IMG/VR virus record: IMGVR_UViG_3300035540_000137
Coordinates: 1-29,464 of that record
Length of the DNA stretch: 29,464 bases
Direction: 5' to 3' (one strand)
Source of the DNA: a virus
Taxonomy: Duplodnaviria > Caudoviricetes
Of the stretch, positions 24,873 to 29,464 are shown piece by piece (within the stretch, counting starts at the first letter, position 1; each line of letters opens with the position of its first letter). Position numbers and translations under genes: made by a program. The notes under the pieces are model-generated. The model saw only the letters and a program-made list of their open reading frames with translations. It made no database searches and was not told the DNA's origin.

Positions 24873-25821
24873 AATAACAGGAGCTTCAACTAAAGTAAAA
24901 ATAGGGAAAGAGAGTTCTTTTGGAACAGCTGCAGATTTAACTAACTTGCTCCCTATAACTTCAGAAGCATTATCTGATAATGTTGAAATGGAGTCGTCAG
25001 AAGCACTTTACGGGAAAAGAGGTAAAAAAGATTTAAACAGAAATAAAGAAGCAGCAGGGGGAAACATTGATTTAGAAGTGTGGAGTAAATCAATAGGATT
25101 AATTCTCTTTGGTGCTTTAGGTAAGGCAACATTAGATACAGATAAAACAATACTTACTCCAATAGATCAGATAGCAAATCCTACAGATGATTTACCGAGC
25201 TTTACTATCGAAAAGAATCAAGGTGGCCAAACATTTTTATATCCAGGTTCAAAAATAAACACACTTGACATTGATCTCACAGTTGGCCAAAGACCAAAGT
25301 TATCTATAAGCGTTGAATCTAAAAAAGAAGAAATTGCTTCTGGTACAGATGCAGCAACAGTTGAAGATTTTGGAAATAAATTCGTTTTTAAAGATTTGAG
25401 ATTTTATAAAGACGAGTTCGTTACCAGTGCCTCAAGGTGGAGTAATATGAAAATCAGTTTAAACAACAACCTTGATGGTGATGATTATAGACCTGATGGA
25501 ACTAATGAAAGATCAGCTATAGATCCACAAGATTTAGAAATCACTGGTTCACTTGATTTGATTTTTGATTCTACTTCAGTATCTGGAGAATACACATCAT
25601 TTAAAAATGATCAAGATTTTAGCATAGGTGTTCTCTTAGAAAATGGAACCGGTGAAAAAATAGAAATATTTATACCAAAAGCTAAATTTACAAGTATAAA
25701 ACATGATACCGGAGGAAAAGAAAAGATAAATCTTTCTGGTGAATGGGAAGCTATTCTTCCAGACGATGGAACTGATCTTATAAAAATCACAGACTACATG
25801 AATACAACAGGCACTTATTAA
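24865..25821 (+). CDS. Major tail tube protein
   Basis: IGKESSFGT, GLILFGALG, LPSFTIEK, EITGSLDL; beta-rich; position. Confidence 0.8.
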   Translation: MPKITGASTKVKIGKESSFGTAADLTNLLPITSEALSDNVEMESSEALYGKRGKKDLNRNKEAAGGNIDLEVWSKSIGLILFGALGKATLDTDKTILTPIDQIANPTDDLPSFTIEKNQGGQTFLYPGSKINTLDIDLTVGQRPKLSISVESKKEEIASGTDAATVEDFGNKFVFKDLRFYKDEFVTSASRWSNMKISLNNNLDGDDYRPDGTNERSAIDPQDLEITGSLDLIFDSTSVSGEYTSFKNDQDFSIGVLLENGTGEKIEIFIPKAKFTSIKHDTGGKEKINLSGEWEAILPDDGTDLIKITDYMNTTGTY

Positions 25822-25841
25822 AATAAACAGGAGGAATTTAA

Positions 25842-26267
25842 ATGATTAATTCACTATTTGTAGATGAAAATGCAAAAATAAAATTGTTTTTAGTTGAGAG
25901 AGATTCAGAAGTAAAGGTTATAGCAGAAGATGAAATCGAAGAAAACGAAAAAAATGGTATTTGGATAGAAGTCAAGAGAGATTTTTCAGCTAAACAATTG
26001 GATGAATATCAATCAGCAACAAGTTCAGATATGAGAGTAGATACAGAATCAGGAGAGGCTTTTATAAACACAAAAGATGCAATAAAAGCTTCTAACAGTT
26101 TACTTCAGTTATCTATTACTTCATGGAAGCCAAAAATCTCTGGAAGTCCTGAAGCTTTTGACCCTAAAATGTTGGCTTCAATGAAATCAGAGCTCAGAGA
26201 CAAAATAGTTACTAAGATAGAAGAAATATATGGAATAAAGAAAAAATTAAAAAAAGATAAGAAGTAA
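25842..26267 (+). CDS. Putative tail assembly chaperone
   Basis: Follows the tail tube; RBS AGGAGG; positional call. Confidence 0.6.
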   Translation: MINSLFVDENAKIKLFLVERDSEVKVIAEDEIEENEKNGIWIEVKRDFSAKQLDEYQSATSSDMRVDTESGEAFINTKDAIKASNSLLQLSITSWKPKISGSPEAFDPKMLASMKSELRDKIVTKIEEIYGIKKKLKKDKK

Positions 26268-26271
26268 TTTT

Positions 26272-26309
26272 AAGGGGTTCTTTAATCGAGCCCCTTTTTA
26301 TTATATAAT
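26272..26309 (+). terminator. Intrinsic terminator overlapping a candidate moron promoter
   Basis: AAGGGGTTC-TTTAATC-GAGCCCCTT plus T run; TTTAAT (26281)-17-TATAAT (26304). Confidence 0.7.
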
Positions 26310-26326
26310 AGGTTCGGGGTGATTGC

Positions 26327-27409
26327 ATGAATTTAATTGATGAATTTAAATGGGAAGCCTTAGAGCCTATTAAATCAGATAAAGTAAATAATCAAGATGC
26401 CGTGGAAGGTATTAGTTCATTCATAAATGGTATTATAAACAATAAAGTTGCTTACGTTGAAACATATAATATAAGCATTAGATTTTTAAATACTAAAAAA
26501 ATAACGTTAAACAATAAATTAAACAAAAAAATTTATTGTAAAAAGTGTAGTATGAATCAAAATCATACTATTATAATAAAAAATGATGTTAAAATACATA
26601 ATTTAAATAATATAAAATTATTTAATAAACTAAGTTCTATCTATAATAAAAATAAAGCAATTAAATATGCTAATAATTATTTAAAAAATATATTTAATTG
26701 TACTTTTTGGGATTTTACTTGTAATAAATGCGATAATCAATTTTCAATTGAGTTTTTTGACGATGAACTGATTGAATATCGAATTTATGATAAAAGTAAT
26801 TTTTCAAAATTCAAAGAATATTTAACTACTATAGAATATAATATTTTAGAAGAAATTGAGAAAAATAAATCTATTGGGAATAATTTATCTGTTATGATCT
26901 TATTTAGAAATTTATTAGAAAGTATATTTAAAAGATTGACTGAAAAAGATAAATTTAAAAGTTCTTTAGATCATATATCTAAAATTTCTAAAGAATTTCA
27001 TAAATATGATTGGATGTATAAAACAAATGAAGAAGATATAAAAGAGTTAAAAAGTTTTCTAAAGAATTTTTATTCTAAAAATAAAGAACATGATATAAGT
27101 TTATTTAATAAAAATATATCAAATTCTGAATTAGCGAATAAAATTATAAATAATATAAAAGGTAATAATTTAGAAGATAAAATTAAAGAAGTAATTTCAA
27201 ACTATGAATTAAAAAATAATTCAAAAATCTTATTGAAATTTGATTTATCAGAAATTAGAAATTTGAATGATTATTTAAGTAAATTTGTGCACAATAATTT
27301 GATTTATGAAGAGTATATAAATTTTGGAATTGAAGATGTTTGGAAAGTTGAAAATAAAGTATATAAAATTTTGAATATATTGAAAGAATACGATAAAAGA
27401 CCTGATTAA
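26327..27409 (+). CDS. Moron: Zn-ribbon plus possible HEPN-like helical domain protein
   Basis: CKKC and CNKC pairs; MILFRNLLESIF and YLSKFVH resemble the two HEPN motifs; very AT-rich; flanked by terminators. Confidence 0.6.
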   Translation: MNLIDEFKWEALEPIKSDKVNNQDAVEGISSFINGIINNKVAYVETYNISIRFLNTKKITLNNKLNKKIYCKKCSMNQNHTIIIKNDVKIHNLNNIKLFNKLSSIYNKNKAIKYANNYLKNIFNCTFWDFTCNKCDNQFSIEFFDDELIEYRIYDKSNFSKFKEYLTTIEYNILEEIEKNKSIGNNLSVMILFRNLLESIFKRLTEKDKFKSSLDHISKISKEFHKYDWMYKTNEEDIKELKSFLKNFYSKNKEHDISLFNKNISNSELANKIINNIKGNNLEDKIKEVISNYELKNNSKILLKFDLSEIRNLNDYLSKFVHNNLIYEEYINFGIEDVWKVENKVYKILNILKEYDKRPD

Positions 27410-27424
27410 TTGGGTCTTTTTTTT
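27395..27424 (+). terminator. Intrinsic terminator closing the moron
   Basis: AAAAGACCTGA-TTAA-TTGGGTCTTTT plus T run. Confidence 0.75.
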
Positions 27425-27491
27425 ATTTTAATTGGGAGATAAATTTCAATAACAAATAAGACAAAATAATAACAAAAATGAGGAGATAATT

Positions 27492-28019
27492 ATGGATTTT
27501 AAAGTATATAAGCATGAAAAAGATACTTTGATAACAAAAAGCCCAAGAAATATAACAATCTACGAATTCAATCAGCTTATTAATAAATCTAATATAGTTA
27601 ATTTTCTTACCTCATATATTGAATACATTAATGATCTTAAAATAATAGATTATAAAAAAAGGAAAGTTGTCTCTCAATTAAAGTATGAAGTAGTTAAAGA
27701 AATTGTTGAAGATGCTTTGAAAGAGTTTAGATTATTTCAGAATTTAATCATAAAAAACAATGATGCAGTAGTAAATATGATTATGTTTGCAATGCAATCA
27801 GGAGATATGGAAGATGTTCAGCTCTTAGATAACGAAAAAGAAATATTTGAGTACATAAAAAAATACCAGGGGAAAATTGATCTTTATTTAGACCATAATG
27901 GAAATATTATACATTTTCCAGTTAAAGGAGCTATAGAAGATCAACCTTACTATGAAATAGAAATAATAAAAAGAATTAAACATGCAAAGCTCAAATTAAA
28001 AGAACGAGAAGGGGGATAA
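27492..28019 (+). CDS. Hypothetical protein preceding the tape measure gene (possible second chaperone)
   Basis: RBS GAGGAG; stop lies 2 nt before the tape measure ATG. Confidence 0.65.
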   Translation: MDFKVYKHEKDTLITKSPRNITIYEFNQLINKSNIVNFLTSYIEYINDLKIIDYKKRKVVSQLKYEVVKEIVEDALKEFRLFQNLIIKNNDAVVNMIMFAMQSGDMEDVQLLDNEKEIFEYIKKYQGKIDLYLDHNGNIIHFPVKGAIEDQPYYEIEIIKRIKHAKLKLKEREGG

Positions 28020-28021
28020 TT

Positions 28022-29464
28022 ATGACATTAACCCAAGATCAATTGAATATAATACTAAAAGCTAAAGATCAAGCTTCAGGAGAAATAAATAAAGTTAGAA
28101 ATAATATATCTAAAATAAAACAAACTGCAGAATTAGCAAGAAAAGCAGTATCAGTATCCTTAGCTGCAGTAGTTGCAACTGTTGGTTCTGCTGCTAAATC
28201 TTTTATGAAATTAGAAGAGGCAATATCAAACGTTCAAACAATGTCAGATATGTCTTTTAAAACAATAGAAAAAAATGTAGTTAATCTATCTAATAAATAT
28301 GGAAGAGCTGCTACAGATTTAGCAAGTGCGACTTATGATATCGTATCTGCTGGATATGATGCTAAAAAAGCCTTTGATATTTTAGAAGCTTCTACGAAAG
28401 GTAGTATTGTAGGTAATGCAGATGTTGCTACTACTACATCAGCAACACTGACAATATTGAGACATTATAGAGATGAAATCAAAAATGTTGATGATGTTCA
28501 AAAAGTTATGTTCGCAGGTGTTGAAAAAGGTCGTATTACACTTAAAGAATTAGCTACTGATATAGGTGGACCTCTTAATGCAGCTAAAGCTTTTGGAGAA
28601 GAATTAAATACTGTAATGATGACTTATGCAATGGGTACTCAAATATTTGGTGGTAAGAGTGCAGAAGTATCTACAATGCTTGAAAGTGTATATGAAGATT
28701 TAAGAGAAAAAGGTGATCTTGTAGAAAAAGCAGGGATAAAAATATACGATAGTCAGGGAAATTTTAAGGGTTTATTAGATATATTAACTCAAATAAATAA
28801 AGTAACTGAAGGTAAAAGTGTTAAAGAAATCAACACTTATATGAATTCATTGGGCTTGACTGATAGAGCAAATGCTCTTCTTATTGGTTTAGTCAACAAT
28901 TTTGATGAATATAAAGAAACTATAGAAGAAATTGGTAACTCGAGTTTTGAAGAAAAATTAAAACAAAAGATGAGTAATCTACATGAAGCCTGGAACAGAT
29001 TTTTTCAAAGTGCTATTAACTCTTTTAGAAGATTAGGCGGAGTTTTTGCAGGTAATTTCACAAAAATACTTGATTATCTTACTGAAGGAGTTCAAAAAAT
29101 TGGTGAATGGATAAAACAAAATGAAGTTTTTGTCAGAAGTTTTGTATCTGGTATTGCAAAAATTCTTTCTGCAACACTTGGAATTCTCATGATACCAAAA
29201 GCTATAGCTTTAATAATGAATCCAGTTACCTGGTTAATGATTGGAATTACACTCTTAGCTGCAGCATGGACCTTAAATTGGAATGGAATAAGAGATACAG
29301 TAAAAAACACTTGGGAAAGTATGAAACAATGGCTTAATCCATTAAAAGATACAATAGAAGGCTTAATATCTTTAGACTATAGTAAAATGTCTACTGGTTT
29401 TAAAAACCTTGAAGAATTAGCAAGTAAATCTGATACAAAAATAGATGATTTTGTGGTTGATGTA
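28022..29464 (+). CDS. Tail tape measure protein (TP901-like core), truncated by the window end
   Basis: Not in the track. MTLTQDQLNIILKAKDQASG...ATDLASATYDIVSAG...GVEKGRITLKELA...GIKIYDSQGNFKGLLDIL; open at the positions checked through to the end. Confidence 0.9.
   Translation, partial: MTLTQDQLNIILKAKDQASGEINKVRNNISKIKQTAELARKAVSVSLAAVVATVGSAAKSFMKLEEAISNVQTMSDMSFKTIEKNVVNLSNKYGRAATDLASATYDIVSAGYDAKKAFDILEASTKGSIVGNADVATTTSATLTILRHYRDEIKNVDDVQKVMFAGVEKGRITLKELATDIGGPLNAAKAFGEELNTVMMTYAMGTQIFGGKSAEVSTMLESVYEDLREKGDLVEKAGIKIYDSQGNFKGLLDILTQINKVTEGKSVKEINTYMNSLGLTDRANALLIGLVNNFDEYKETIEEIGNSSFEEKLKQKMSNLHEAWNRFFQSAINSFRRLGGVFAGNFTKILDYLTEGVQKIGEWIKQNEVFVRSFVSGIAKILSATLGILMIPKAIALIMNPVTWLMIGITLLAAAWTLNWNGIRDTVKNTWESMKQWLNPLKDTIEGLISLDYSKMSTGFKNLEELASKSDTKIDDFVVDV

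Larger units (their letters stand above)
1..29464. mobile_element. Temperate prophage (probable siphovirus); both ends outside the window
   Basis: Canonical order immunity, early/replication, packaging, head, tail; no sheath gene, integrase or lysis genes seen. Confidence 0.95.

Noticed and set aside
26247-26267. Slippery A-AAA-AAA at the end of the tail chaperone as a programmed -1 frameshift
   Set aside because: The -1 frame reads AGA-TAA and stops at once, so no extended product is possible.
24953-29310. Minus ORFs 24953 and 29092
   Set aside because: Antisense to the tail tube and tape measure genes.

Overview
This window lies entirely inside a very AT-rich temperate prophage. No integrase, att site or lysis genes are visible. 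The gene order is as follows. (1) A leftward immunity/cargo region holds an AbiJ-like HEPN gene and a CI/LexA-like repressor whose S24 catalytic residues look substituted. (2) A tRNA-like RNA with an 18-nt anticodon loop is followed by about 3.1 kb of eight genes strictly alternating between strands, with back-to-back RBSs and overlapping 3' ends. (3) A second Xre/Cro switch has four visible operators. (4) The early operon has two antirepressors, a large HEAT-repeat-like protein, a replication initiator with 15-bp iterons, a DnaC-like loader, a DUF1064 nuclease, a Dam-family methylase split by a 13-bp tandem duplication, and a late activator. (5) The late operon has terminases, Mu-like portal/gpF/protease, decoration and capsid proteins, neck genes, tail tube, chaperone and a tape measure gene cut by the window end. 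No sheath gene is seen, so this is probably a siphovirus. Two morons interrupt the late region. The best candidate for an undescribed system is the tRNA-like RNA plus the antiparallel interleaved gene array between the two repressors. All family calls come from motif recognition by eye, not from database searches.
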